From Alphaproteobacteria bacterium (GTDB lineage Bacteria > Pseudomonadota > Alphaproteobacteria > SP197): a stretch of 64,000 nt of DNA. The notes beneath the pieces were generated by a model, which saw only the letters and a program-made list of their open reading frames with translations, was not told the DNA's origin and searched no databases. The stretch spans positions 608,001 to 672,000 of the forward strand of contig OZ219747.1 in assembly GCA_964291265.2 (NCBI GenBank), given 5' to 3'. Position 1 is the stretch's first letter. Every line of letters starts with the position of its first letter. Positions 53,096 to 62,860 of the stretch are shown one piece after another. The position numbers and the translations under genes are program-made.

Positions 53096-53904
53096 TCCCG
53101 CGCGACTACATCACGGAGTGGCGCGCGCGGGCGCCCTGGGTCGAGGATTCCCAGGTCGAGCAGGATCTAGTCATCAGTCGCGCACTAGTGGAGATATTCT
53201 CCCATCTGTATTTGCGCGAGAGCCTTGCCTTCCGTGGCGGCACCGCCCTCTACAAGCTGCATGTCGATCCGCCGGCCCGCTATTCGGAGGACATCGATCT
53301 GGTGCAAATCCGTACCGAGCCGATCGGCCCGACACTCGATGCCTTGCGCACCGTTCTCGATTCCTGGCTCGGCAGGCCGCAATGGAAGCAGAACGCGGGG
53401 CGGGTCACGCTGAGCTACCGCTTCGAGTCCGAGGACGTTCCGCCCCAACGGCTGCGGTTGAAGATCGAGATCAACTCAAGGGAACACTTCACCCTGTTCG
53501 GGCTCAAGGAGAAGCCGTTCGTGATCTCGTCGCGCTGGTTCGGCGGCAAGGCAAAAATCACCACCTATGCCTTCGACGAATTGATCGGCACCAAGCTGCG
53601 CGCACTCTATCAGCGGCGCAAAGGCCGAGATCTCTTCGATCTGGCCGTGGCGTTGAAGCAGCCTGCCTTTGACCCTGACCGCGTCGTCGAGGCGTTCCTC
53701 CACTACATGGCGCAGGAAGCAGGCAATATCACCCGCGCGCTGTTCGAGCGCAGTCTCGCGGCAAAACTCAAGATGCCGCTGTTCGCGGCTGATATCGGCC
53801 CGCTGCTTGCGATCGGGTATCGCTGGGACATTCACGTTGCGGCCGAGGACGTCTCCTCGCAACTGATCGAGCGTCTGCCCGGCGAACCGTGGAAGGGTGA
53901 ATAG
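53092..53904 (+). CDS. Type IV TA nucleotidyltransferase toxin, AbiEii family
   Basis: QVEQDL, FRGGTAL, RYSEDIDL, KLRALYQRRKGRDLFDL; ATGA overlap. Confidence 0.93.
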   Translation: MIPRDYITEWRARAPWVEDSQVEQDLVISRALVEIFSHLYLRESLAFRGGTALYKLHVDPPARYSEDIDLVQIRTEPIGPTLDALRTVLDSWLGRPQWKQNAGRVTLSYRFESEDVPPQRLRLKIEINSREHFTLFGLKEKPFVISSRWFGGKAKITTYAFDELIGTKLRALYQRRKGRDLFDLAVALKQPAFDPDRVVEAFLHYMAQEAGNITRALFERSLAAKLKMPLFAADIGPLLAIGYRWDIHVAAEDVSSQLIERLPGEPWKGE

Positions 53905-53910
53905 ATGACA

Positions 53911-54066
53911 GTAAGCGTTCGGCCGTGCGGTGACGCTACGATACGCACAAGAAATTCGACAAGCCCAAAAAGGACATCTGGCTGAGGCCTCTGGGCAAGC
54001 ATCCCTGGAAACGCATCCTCCAGCGGTGACAATCGCTTCGCAATCACCTCGTGACCGAACTCCTAC
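53911..54066 (+). mobile_element. Internally deleted GTAA-ended (IS66-type) miniature element containing a DUF4338 3' tail
   Basis: gtaagcgttcggccgtgcggtg vs reverse complement of right end gtaggagttcggtcacgaggtg (16/22 match); no target duplication seen. Confidence 0.55.
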
Positions 54067-54227
54067 CTTCGACCCAGGGGCGACGCTTTCGACGCGGACG
54101 GTGTGAACCCCGGCGTTCCTGATGATCGTGCCAGAGCATCCGGAGTTAAGCGTGGCCAGGCGCTGAGCGGATCCCGAACTCCTTGGCGAAGGTGCCGATC
54201 TTACCGCACGCCCGAGTATCGTCAGAA

Positions 54228-56181
54228 CCGAAGTTCCGGACGTTTTCCAGCTGGAAGTCGCGTCAAGTCGTTGATCTTGCGTGGTTTATCGGGTTTGACG
54301 GACTTCACAGTGTACCCATGTACGGATGCATTTTGTGCTTGACACACGGCAGTGCCGTGCCTATGTACGGTAGCCATGTACATCGAAGCCGTCCCCAACC
54401 GCTCCTCGCCGCCCGCCATCCTGCTCCGCGAGTCCTATCGCGAAAACGGAAAGGTCAAGAAGCGCACCATCGCCAACCTCTCCAAGTGGTCCCCCACTCT
54501 CGTCGAGGGATTGCGCATCCTCCTCAAGGGAGGAACAGCAGTCCGACATCTCGACGATGCCTTCGACATCGTCCGCTCCCTCCCCCATGGGCATGTCGCC
54601 GCGGTGCTGGGAACCCTGAAGAAGCTGGGACTGGACAGGCTGATCGACCCGAAGCCCTCGCATGAGCGCGATCAGGTCCTGGCCATGATCGTGGCGCACA
54701 TCCTCGAGCCCGCCTCGAAGCTGGCCACGGCCAGGGGGCTGGCCGAGGCCACAGCGGTCAGCACCCTGGGCGAGGTCCTCGATGCGGAGATGGACGAGGA
54801 CGCCCTCTACGGCGCCATGGGCTGGCTCCTGGAGCGTCAGGAGAGGATCGAGCGGTCCCTGGCGAAGCGGCGCCTCGAAGAGGGCTGCCTGGTGCTCTAT
54901 GACCTGACCTCGGTATGGATGGAGGGGAGAGCGTGTCCCCTGGCAAGGAGGGGTCATTCCCGGGATGGCAAGAAGGGCAAGCTGCAGATCGAGTTCGGCC
55001 TTCTGTGCGATCGGGACGGCTGTCCAGTGTCGGTGGAAGTGTTCCCCGGCAACACGGCGGACCCCGGGACGGTGGCATCACAGATCACCACGTTGCAGGA
55101 GCGCTTCTCCCTGGCGAAGGTGGTGCTGGTGGGAGACCGGGGGATGCTGACCGAGGCGCGCATACGCGAGGAGGTGAAGCCTGCGGGCCTGGACTGGATC
55201 AGCGCCTTGAGGGGACCGGCCATCCGTTCACTGGTGGAGGCGGGTGACGTCGAGATGTCGCTCTTCGACGAGAGGGACTTGGTGGAGATCACCAGCGATG
55301 CGTATCCCGGCGAACGCCTCATGGTCTGCCGCAACCCCCTGCTGGCCGAGGACCGGGCCCGCAAGCGCCAGGAGCTGCTCGAGGCCACCGAGGCCCTACT
55401 TGAACCGATCGCCGCAGCGACACGGCGCGACAAGCGCCGTCTCAAGGGTGCCGACAAGATCGGGGAGCGGGTCGGCAAGGTCATCGGTAAATACAAGATG
55501 GCGAAGCACTTCACGTGGTCCATCGACGACGAGGGTGTCTTCACCTATGGGCGCGATGAGGTTGCCATCGCCGCCGAGGCCAGGCTCGACGGCCTCTACG
55601 TGATCCGCACCAGCCTGCCGCAGAGCGAGCTCGACGGTCCCGGCACAGTGCGCGCCTACAAGCGGTTGAGTTCGGTGGAACGGGCCTTCCGCAGCCTGAA
55701 GACCGTGGATCTGAAGGTCCGTCCCGTCTACCACCGCACCGAACCCCGGGTCCGCGCCCATGTCTTCCTGTGCATGCTCGCCTACTACGTGGAATGGCAC
55801 ATGCGCCAGAAACTGAAGCCCATGCTGTTCGACGACGAGGATGCCGAAGGCGCCGAGGCCCGGCGGCCGTCCGTCGTGGCGCCGGCAGAAGTCTCGGCGA
55901 GCGCCCGGGCCAAGGCGGCAACCAAGAGGACGCCCGGGGGTAATCCGGTGCACAGTTTCCGCACCCTCCTCGATGATCTCGCGACCATCACCCGCAACAC
56001 CGTGGCGCCCCGCCTTGCGGGCGCCAAACCCTTCCAGGTCACCACGCGGCCCACGCCGCTCCAGAGAAGAGCACTCAAGCTCCTGGGCGTGAAGCCGTAA
56101 TGTACCCAGTCAGACGCCCCTGAGATCCATCGAATGTCATTTATATCAAGCACTTGCACTTGATCGACGCTGGAACTTCGG
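54228..56181 (+). mobile_element. IS1634-family element, copy 2 (intact)
   Basis: IR ccgaagttcc / ggaacttcgg; 6-bp target duplication tcagaa (54222-54227, 56182-56187); 1954 bp. Confidence 0.95.
54376..56100 (+). CDS. IS1634-family transposase
   Basis: MYIEAVPNRSSPPAILLRESYRENGKVKKRTIANLS, LYDLTS, VGDRGM, VERAFRSLK, RVRAHVFLCMLAY. Confidence 0.94.
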   Translation: MYIEAVPNRSSPPAILLRESYRENGKVKKRTIANLSKWSPTLVEGLRILLKGGTAVRHLDDAFDIVRSLPHGHVAAVLGTLKKLGLDRLIDPKPSHERDQVLAMIVAHILEPASKLATARGLAEATAVSTLGEVLDAEMDEDALYGAMGWLLERQERIERSLAKRRLEEGCLVLYDLTSVWMEGRACPLARRGHSRDGKKGKLQIEFGLLCDRDGCPVSVEVFPGNTADPGTVASQITTLQERFSLAKVVLVGDRGMLTEARIREEVKPAGLDWISALRGPAIRSLVEAGDVEMSLFDERDLVEITSDAYPGERLMVCRNPLLAEDRARKRQELLEATEALLEPIAAATRRDKRRLKGADKIGERVGKVIGKYKMAKHFTWSIDDEGVFTYGRDEVAIAAEARLDGLYVIRTSLPQSELDGPGTVRAYKRLSSVERAFRSLKTVDLKVRPVYHRTEPRVRAHVFLCMLAYYVEWHMRQKLKPMLFDDEDAEGAEARRPSVVAPAEVSASARAKAATKRTPGGNPVHSFRTLLDDLATITRNTVAPRLAGAKPFQVTTRPTPLQRRALKLLGVKP

Positions 56182-56226
56182 TCAGAACACCGCTTGATGC
56201 GCCGGAAGAAAGGCCACAGGACCCAT

Positions 56227-56694
56227 TCATTGGGGCTCAGGGAGCTCATCTTCGAGAGTGCTGTCGCGCTCGAACAGCACTCGGTATGTGTTGTCCGCAC
56301 ACACCCGGGTCTGCACCCAGTCATGAAAAGGAACATGGTTGGCCTCGGAAGCCGCAACCTCGATGATGCGGTCGGCGATCTCGTCATCGGACAATGACGG
56401 ATCAAGACGCCAGCCATTCGCCGCCAGGGTAGTGACGAGGGCGCCGTAGCCGGCGCGTTTGTTGCCGTCCACCCAAGGATGGTTCTTGACGATCGTCCAG
56501 CAGAGCATGACGGCGGCCCCGACGAGATCGAGGCCGACATAGTCCACGGCCCGTTCCACTCTCCCGACCTCGGACTCGAGCAGGCCACGGTCGCGGAGAT
56601 GAGGTGCGCCGCCGAAGCGGCGCAGCATCGCGTCATGCAGGTGGATGAGGTCCTCGGCGCTCGGCAGGATGATCGCCGGGCGCTCGCTGCTCAC
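56227..56694 (-). CDS. doc: Doc (Fic-family) toxin
   Basis: LRDRGLLES, HPWVDGNKRAG Doc-type motif; GTGA overlap with antitoxin. Confidence 0.9.
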   Translation of the reverse strand: MSSERPAIILPSAEDLIHLHDAMLRRFGGAPHLRDRGLLESEVGRVERAVDYVGLDLVGAAVMLCWTIVKNHPWVDGNKRAGYGALVTTLAANGWRLDPSLSDDEIADRIIEVAASEANHVPFHDWVQTRVCADNTYRVLFERDSTLEDELPEPQ

Positions 56695-56924
56695 TGCGCG
56701 AGACGCCGATAGACATCGCTGCGGGCGTCCATGTCGTCGAGCAGCGCCTGATACATGGCGCCACCGACGGTAGCCTTGGACTTGAGGATGACGCCGTCCT
56801 GGACGGGCAGGGCAACCACCTCTTCGCCGGGCGCGAGGTTGGCCTGGTTGAGGAGGTCACGGCCGAGGATGACGGCGTGAGAGCCGCCGACCTTGGTGAT
56901 CTTGAGCGTTGCGGCCTTCGGCAT
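56691..56924 (-). CDS. AbrB/MazE-type antitoxin
   Basis: LKITKVGGSHAVIL, C-terminal DVYRRLAQ; upstream of doc. Confidence 0.85.
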   Translation of the reverse strand: MPKAATLKITKVGGSHAVILGRDLLNQANLAPGEEVVALPVQDGVILKSKATVGGAMYQALLDDMDARSDVYRRLAQ

Positions 56925-56945
56925 GGCTGATGGCTCCAGCAGAAA

Positions 56946-56964
56946 GTTTTACATATTGTAAAAC
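56946..56964. promoter_or_regulatory. Palindromic operator of the AbrB-Doc operon
   Basis: Perfect gttttaca-tat-tgtaaaac about 22 nt before the ATG. Confidence 0.75.
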
Positions 56965-57029
56965 ACTGGGCTGCGATGTCAGACAACAAGGCAGTGCGTG
57001 GCAGGACGCTCCCACGCTTCAATCCGCCT

Positions 57030-59122
57030 CAGGACCATTCTTTTGTCAGTCCTGTGGATTGTTGATGTGACAGAGACCTGGCATGGTTGAGGCGCCCGGG
57101 TTCACTGTGGGCTGGTTTCAGTGGGCACTGCTGGTGCATCAGGGCTCGCCAGGCACGTTTTTTCGAGTGTGCGAGCAGAACTGTCCTGTTGCGCCGTCAG
57201 GCGGCGCGTTCCCGGCTTGTGGCGCGGGGTCAGGAGCGAAGGTTCATGCGCCGGGCGGGATGAGGATAGCGTCGAGCGCGTCCTGGGCGCGGGCGGCGTC
57301 GTGCCGGTTGGCTTCGGGCATATAGTCGAATTGTCCGCCGCAGCGCACGATGGCGATGGCGGCGTTTGTCAGGCAAGAGAGATTGCGCGGCAGATGGCGC
57401 ACATGGACCCTGCAGCGGTCCTCGTCGTAGGTGAAGTCGCGTACGTAGTGGAGTCGATTTTCGATGACCCAGTGGTCGCGCACGAGGGCCAGAAGCATCT
57501 CGGGTCCGGCGCGTTCGGGACCGAGCGAGGTGAGGCACCAGGTGGTCTCGACACTGCGCTCTTGTGTCTTGCAGATCTCGCGTTCGCGCTCGATGCGGAT
57601 GGCTTGGTGGCGACCGTGGAGAGCGGCGTAGCCGTCCCACTTGGCGCCGGAGATGTCGACCACGGCACAGCGGCGGCGCTCGATGCGTCCGTGTCCCTTG
57701 TCGAGTGTCTCGAACGAAGCCGCACCCTTGAAGTCGATGGCCTTGAGGTCGTCGAGCATGGTCTCCTGGTTATCCTTGATCGCCGTGATGACATAGTCGG
57801 CGCGGCGCTCGAGAAGCCGTCGTGCGGTCTCGTGCTGAGTGTGCATCGCGTCCAGGGTGACGATGCGGCCTGTGACGTCGATGCTGCTGGCAAGGTCCCG
57901 CACGGCGGGGATCTCGTTGCTCTTCGCGTCGATCTCAACCTGGCCGAGGACCATGCCGGTTCCGTGCTCGACCGCTGCGACCATCATCCGCCGCCCGTTT
58001 TTGGTCTGCCTGGAGGCGCCGCGGATGTCCTTGCCGTCCATGGCGAGCGGCGTGTCTGCACCGGCCTGCTGGGCCGTCCACAGGCCGATGGCGTGGTCCA
58101 GGGTCTCGGGCGGCAGGTTGGCGAGAATGGTGTGGAAGGTTGTGGACGTGGGCGCCGTGTAGCGCTTCTTCGACGGGCTGTAGAACGCACCCACCGCCGC
58201 CAGCTGTTCCTGGGTGAGCAGGGCGGCGAACTGAGCGAATGCGCTCACGCCGCGGTAGCCGGCGAGCCGGGCTGCGACGGCGATCGCGAGAATGGTTCTC
58301 AGCGGATAGCGCTTGCCCCGGGGCTTGCGGCACTCGGGCACCTCGCCCAGGCAGGCGAACAAGCTGCGCAGCCCGGACGCGGCCATCGGTCCGGCTTGGT
58401 CGTGCTGCTCCGCGTTCCAGTTCTCCGGGATCGCGTCCCGGCTCAGCGCCTCGGCGGCACCGTCGGTCAGTTCGTACATGAAGATCTCCTTGGGCTGGCC
58501 GTGGTGACGGAAGCGTGCGGCGCCGCCGGGCTTGCGACCGAAGCCGCGCGTCAATCCCAGCGAGCGCCAGTTCGCCGCGCGATAGCAGGTTCCGGCGAAG
58601 CGCTTGATGTCGACGAACGTCTCCGCGAGGAACACTGGATATCCGTGCGCGGCCTCGATGTCGGCGGACAGCCGCCGAAGGCTCAGGCCGAGCACACGGG
58701 ACGCCAGGTTCGGCACCCCTCTCGGGCCAAGAATGACGAACCGGGAATTGTTCGCGATCAGATGCAGGCGCCGGAACTGCTGCTCCGCAGTCCAGCCGAT
58801 CCAGCGGTCGCGTGCAGCAAGCTTGAACGCGCCCGGCTGCCAGCCGACCAGCGCCACCCAGGTCTCGCCGTGCAGGGCGACATGGCGCAGGCCTTTGCCG
58901 ATGATGCCGTGAAACCGCAGGTAGTGATGCTCCTTGACCAGACGATCCCAGAGCCGGTGCTCACGTGCGCCACGGGTCGGGCGCACCGTCACCTCGCGAA
59001 GGTCGATAGGGGAATCCGGGGTCACAAGCGTCGTCATGCCGGCACAATGCCACGGCGAAAACGGGATGTCCACCCCAAAATCAGCCTGCGCCGAGCGCCG
59101 GGACGACAACAGAAAAGTCCTG
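57030..59122 (-). mobile_element. ISAs1-family element, complete
   Basis: IR caggaccattcttttgtc vs caggacttttctgttgtc (15/18); 10-bp target duplication caatccgcct (57020-57029, 59123-59132); 2093 bp. Confidence 0.95.
57244..59037 (-). CDS. DUF4338 domain fused to ISAs1-family DDE transposase
   Basis: N: EHHYL, RDRWIGW, IANNSRFVIL, NLASRVL, ETFVD..RFAGTCYRAANW..LG.TRG; C: MDGKDIRG, KSNEIPA, VTLDAMHTQ, HWVIENRLHYVRD.TYDED. Confidence 0.92.
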   Translation of the reverse strand: MTTLVTPDSPIDLREVTVRPTRGAREHRLWDRLVKEHHYLRFHGIIGKGLRHVALHGETWVALVGWQPGAFKLAARDRWIGWTAEQQFRRLHLIANNSRFVILGPRGVPNLASRVLGLSLRRLSADIEAAHGYPVFLAETFVDIKRFAGTCYRAANWRSLGLTRGFGRKPGGAARFRHHGQPKEIFMYELTDGAAEALSRDAIPENWNAEQHDQAGPMAASGLRSLFACLGEVPECRKPRGKRYPLRTILAIAVAARLAGYRGVSAFAQFAALLTQEQLAAVGAFYSPSKKRYTAPTSTTFHTILANLPPETLDHAIGLWTAQQAGADTPLAMDGKDIRGASRQTKNGRRMMVAAVEHGTGMVLGQVEIDAKSNEIPAVRDLASSIDVTGRIVTLDAMHTQHETARRLLERRADYVITAIKDNQETMLDDLKAIDFKGAASFETLDKGHGRIERRRCAVVDISGAKWDGYAALHGRHQAIRIEREREICKTQERSVETTWCLTSLGPERAGPEMLLALVRDHWVIENRLHYVRDFTYDEDRCRVHVRHLPRNLSCLTNAAIAIVRCGGQFDYMPEANRHDAARAQDALDAILIPPGA

Positions 59123-59289
59123 CAATCCGCCTGATTTCTCTTGACCTCGGGCATTCGTATGGTGCACGCGCGTACTCGGGAAGCTTCCGCTGGCCATCTG
59201 GACTCATTCACATGTGCCATGGAGTCCATCTCCACGAGGAGGGATTGGCAAGCGAACCTGACGCAGACAGACACACGGAGTAGCTCGCG

Positions 59290-60189
59290 ATGCTGAGCAG
59301 GCAGATGACCGCCAACCTCGCGTTGCTCGCCGAAGGCTCTTCCGGGACCGATGCGACATGGCAGGAACACCGCGAATCGTACGACAGCCTGGGCGAGGTG
59401 TTTCCTGCGCTGCCGGGGGTACGGCGGGAGAACGCCGAGTTCGGAGGTATCGAGGGCTTTCGCTACGTGCCGCCCGGGGCCGACGAGACGCGCGCCATCG
59501 TCTATTTCCATGGCGGAGGCTATTGCATCGGCTCCGAGAGGAGTCACGAGATGATCGTCACCAGGCTGGCCGGGATGGCCGGTTGTCCCCTCTGGTTCCC
59601 TCTCTACAGACTGGCGCCTGAGCATCCCTTTCCCGTTCCGGTCGAAGACTGCATTGCGGCGTGGCAGGGATTCGCGGAGCTGGGGGCAGAACCGGACCGT
59701 GTCGGGTTTGCCGGAGATTCGGCCGGTGGCGGCCTGGTCTTCAGCATTTCCCAGGCCGCCAGGGACCGGGGCATGGCCCTGCCGAAATGCTGCGTCGCCC
59801 TCTCGCCCTGGACCGACATGGAAGGAGTCGGCACGTGGCGTGTCGGCGACCCGGAGCGCGATGCATTCCTGTCCCCGGCGGAGCTCGACATGTTCGTCGA
59901 CGGCTTCCTGGCGGGTGCGGACCGCCGCGACCCTCTTGCCGCGCCGATTCTTGGCAGCTTTCAGGGATTGCCGCCCTTTCTGATCCAGGCCAGCCGAAGC
60001 GAACTCCTCTACGACGACGCGATACGCCTCGCCGAGGCGCTTGAGCGCGCCGGCAACCCCGCGCTGCTTGAGCTTGCCGAGGAGGGGACGCCCCATGTCT
60101 GGCACCACATGGCGCCCGATGTTCCAGAAGCCTTGAGGGCTCTCGGCAATGCCGCAGCCTACATGCGGCACCTCACGAACGATGGATGA
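59290..60189 (+). CDS. Alpha/beta hydrolase, HSL-type esterase
   Basis: HGGGY, YRLAPEHPFP, GDSAGG, ELLYDD, PHVWH; possible original TTG start at 59245 followed by in-frame TAG. Confidence 0.9.
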   Translation: MLSRQMTANLALLAEGSSGTDATWQEHRESYDSLGEVFPALPGVRRENAEFGGIEGFRYVPPGADETRAIVYFHGGGYCIGSERSHEMIVTRLAGMAGCPLWFPLYRLAPEHPFPVPVEDCIAAWQGFAELGAEPDRVGFAGDSAGGGLVFSISQAARDRGMALPKCCVALSPWTDMEGVGTWRVGDPERDAFLSPAELDMFVDGFLAGADRRDPLAAPILGSFQGLPPFLIQASRSELLYDDAIRLAEALERAGNPALLELAEEGTPHVWHHMAPDVPEALRALGNAAAYMRHLTNDG

Positions 60190-60881
60190 TAAGAGGTCCG
60201 GACGTGCGCATGCCGCCCGCGGTACCAGAGGTTGGGGATCACTCGCGCAAGCACCGGGAGAAATCCTGTGTCTCACCAAGGGGCAGACCCTATCACCTGG
60301 TGGACCGAGGATGCGTCAATGGCTCGACGTAGAAGACAGTGCGTCAGGCGGTCGAATGAGTGATGTTGATAGGCCCCGCGCACGGGCGCACACGGGCGCA
60401 CACAGAGCGGTCTCGGGTCGTGGTGGTTCGACCGTAGCCTGCCCGCGGTTGCATCCGGCGTGGCGTCGGGGAATGCCGAGGCCGTCTGGAGAGGTAAGCA
60501 GGCCACGGATTCGGCCTTTGCCGGGCCAGGGCCTCTGGCGGTGCTGACGCCCTGGGCCGGGCTGAGTCCGGCGGAGACGGGCGGGCGCGCACCGGCAGGA
60601 TCCAACCCCCGAAGACAGTCTCACGCTGCGGGCGCGTTGCCCCGGATATCACGAGACGGTCAAATATCAGGGTCAGGAAGTCCCGTCGTTCCCTGTTGCT
60701 GGCCGACGACCTGCCACGCATTGGCTCTATGGCCGCCGGAAGCGCCAGGCGGTATTCCTCGGGCGAAAGGCCATAGAGGTCAAGGAAGGCCTGGTTGTCG
60801 CCGATCGTCTGGATGATCCTGACGACCTGGGCCACAACGGCCTCGGGCGGAGCGCCCCTGTGTCGGCATGGAGCCGCTTGC

Positions 60882-61700
60882 TCAACACCCATGGGCGCCC
60901 AGACCGAGAACGTCCTCCATGCCGTAGAGTCCCGCGGGGCGCCTGTGGAGCCAGCGGGCGGCCGTGATGGCGCCACGCACGAAGATGCCCCGATCGCTGG
61001 CCCGGTGGCCGATCTCGATGCGCTCGCCGGGGGCAAGGAACATGACCTGGTGTTCGCCGACGACGTCGCCGCCTCTCATGGCGGCCATGCCGATGGCGCC
61101 GCGCCGGCGGGCTCCGGTGATTCCGTCCCGTCCGCGGTCGACGACCTCGTCGAGGTTGACGCCGCGTCCCCTCGCGGCGGCCTCGGCCAGCATCAGCGCC
61201 GTTCCCGAGGGCGCGTCCACCTTGTGGCGGTGATGGGTCTCGACCACCTCGATGTCGAACTCCTCGTCGAGCGCCGCGGCGACTCTCCTTGTGATGCCGA
61301 GCAGGAGGTTGACCCCCAGGCTCATGTTTCCGGCGCTGACGATCGCTGACCTGCGGGACGCTTCGGCCATCACCCTGCGCGCTGACGCATCGAGTCCGGT
61401 GGTTCCCGCCACAAGGCCCTTGCCCGTGGCCGCCGCGGCGCGGGCATGGGCGACGGTGGCCGAGGGGGACGAGAAGTCGATGACGACGTCGCAGGACGAA
61501 AACAGCGCTTCGGCGCTGTCGACGACGGCGACTCCGAGGGCGCCGATTCCGGCCATCTCGCCGACATCCCGGCCAACGGCGTCGCTCGATGGATGTTCAC
61601 TCGCTGACGTCACCGCGATGTCGTCGCGTGCGCTGATCATCTGCACGAGCATTCTGCCCATGCGTCCCGATGAGCCCGCGATTCCTGCCCGCACGGTCAT
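60882..61700 (-). CDS. dapB: 4-hydroxy-tetrahydrodipicolinate reductase
   Basis: GSSGRMG, IDFS, GTTG, ETHHRHKVDAPSGTAL, RGGDVVGEH. Confidence 0.97.
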   Translation of the reverse strand: MTVRAGIAGSSGRMGRMLVQMISARDDIAVTSASEHPSSDAVGRDVGEMAGIGALGVAVVDSAEALFSSCDVVIDFSSPSATVAHARAAAATGKGLVAGTTGLDASARRVMAEASRRSAIVSAGNMSLGVNLLLGITRRVAAALDEEFDIEVVETHHRHKVDAPSGTALMLAEAAARGRGVNLDEVVDRGRDGITGARRRGAIGMAAMRGGDVVGEHQVMFLAPGERIEIGHRASDRGIFVRGAITAARWLHRRPAGLYGMEDVLGLGAHGC

Positions 61701-61718
61701 GATCACCCCCTCGTTCCG

Positions 61719-62837
61719 TCAGTCGGTCAGATTCTGCCAGAATTCCCTGACGCGCGAGAAGAATCCTTCCGTTTCGGGATTGTGCCGACCCGCATGACCG
61801 GCCTCGTCGAGTTCCTTGAGCAACTCCTTCTGCCGAGAGTTGAGGTTGACGGGAGTCTCGACCACGGTTTCGATGATCATGTCGCCGCGTCGGGAACCGC
61901 GCACCTCCTTCATGCCCTTGCCACGCAGGCGGAACTGGCGACCGGTCTGGGTTCCGGGGGGAATGGCGATCCTCGCACGCGTGCCTTCTATGGTCGGAAT
62001 GTCCACGTCCTTGCCCAGGGCCGCCGAGGTGATGGAAATCGGCACACGGCAGTAGACCGTGCCTCCCTCGCGCTGGAAGAAGGGGTGCGGCTCGATGGAG
62101 ACAATGATGTAGAGATCGCCAGGAGGACCGCCCCGCACCCCGGCCTCCCCCTTGCCCGAAACGCGGATGCGCATGCCGTCCTCGATGCCCGGGGGAATCG
62201 TCACGCTGAGGGTCGTTTCCCTGTGCACGCGGCCCGAACCCGAACACGACGCGCAGGGTTGGCTGATGACCCTGCCGGATCCGCCGCAGGCCGGACACGT
62301 CCTCTCGATCGAGAAGAAACCCTGCTGGGTGCGCACCTTGCCGTAACCAGAACATGTGCCGCAGGAGGTGACTGCATCGGGATCCTGCGCACCGCTGCCC
62401 CCACAGGCCTGGCAGGTCACGCTGGTCGGCACGCGAATATCGGCCTTCTTTCCGGAAAACGCCTCCTCGAGCGTGATGTCCATGTCGTGGCGGAGGTCCG
62501 CGCCCTGCATGCCGCCGCCGCGGCGGCCGCCGCCAAAGTTGCCGAAAAGGTCGTCGAAGACGTCCGCGAAGCTGCTGGCGAAGTCATGAGCCTGGCCAGA
62601 TCCCGTGGACCCGTCGAACGCCGCATGACCGAAACGGTCATAGGCGGCCCGTTTCTGCGTGTCCTTGAGAACCTCGTAGGCCTCGTTGACCTCCCTGAAC
62701 CTGACCTCGGCCCTGGCATCGCCGGCATTGCGGTCAGGATGGTACTTCATCGCAAGCTTGCGATACGCCTTCTTGATGGCGCCTTCGTCGGCGTCACGAG
62801 CCACCCCGAGCACATCGTAGAAGTCCTGTTCAGCCAT
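61719..62837 (-). CDS. dnaJ: Chaperone DnaJ
   Basis: J domain with HPD, G/F region, four CxxCxGxG repeats. Confidence 0.98.
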   Translation of the reverse strand: MAEQDFYDVLGVARDADEGAIKKAYRKLAMKYHPDRNAGDARAEVRFREVNEAYEVLKDTQKRAAYDRFGHAAFDGSTGSGQAHDFASSFADVFDDLFGNFGGGRRGGGMQGADLRHDMDITLEEAFSGKKADIRVPTSVTCQACGGSGAQDPDAVTSCGTCSGYGKVRTQQGFFSIERTCPACGGSGRVISQPCASCSGSGRVHRETTLSVTIPPGIEDGMRIRVSGKGEAGVRGGPPGDLYIIVSIEPHPFFQREGGTVYCRVPISITSAALGKDVDIPTIEGTRARIAIPPGTQTGRQFRLRGKGMKEVRGSRRGDMIIETVVETPVNLNSRQKELLKELDEAGHAGRHNPETEGFFSRVREFWQNLTD

Positions 62838-62860
62838 GACACCGGCTCGTCTTCGGACGA

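Larger units (their letters stand above)
50777..54158 (+). repeat. ~225-bp direct repeats (50777-51003 and 53932-54158) bracketing the AbiE module
   Basis: Near-identical aaaaaggacatctggct...cagcggtgacaatcgctt...agcgtggcca in both copies. Confidence 0.9.

Noticed and set aside
50588-59037. Druantia defence system
   Set aside because: DUF4338 occurs only in IS contexts; no DruE helicase or other dru genes
57244-60279. 1011-aa ORF as one giant protein
   Set aside because: Its first ~414 codons are antisense to the esterase and cross the ISAs1 end at 59122; real start is 59037
60381-60404. cacgggcgca tandem repeat
   Set aside because: About 2.4 copies, no spacers; not CRISPR, likely slippage
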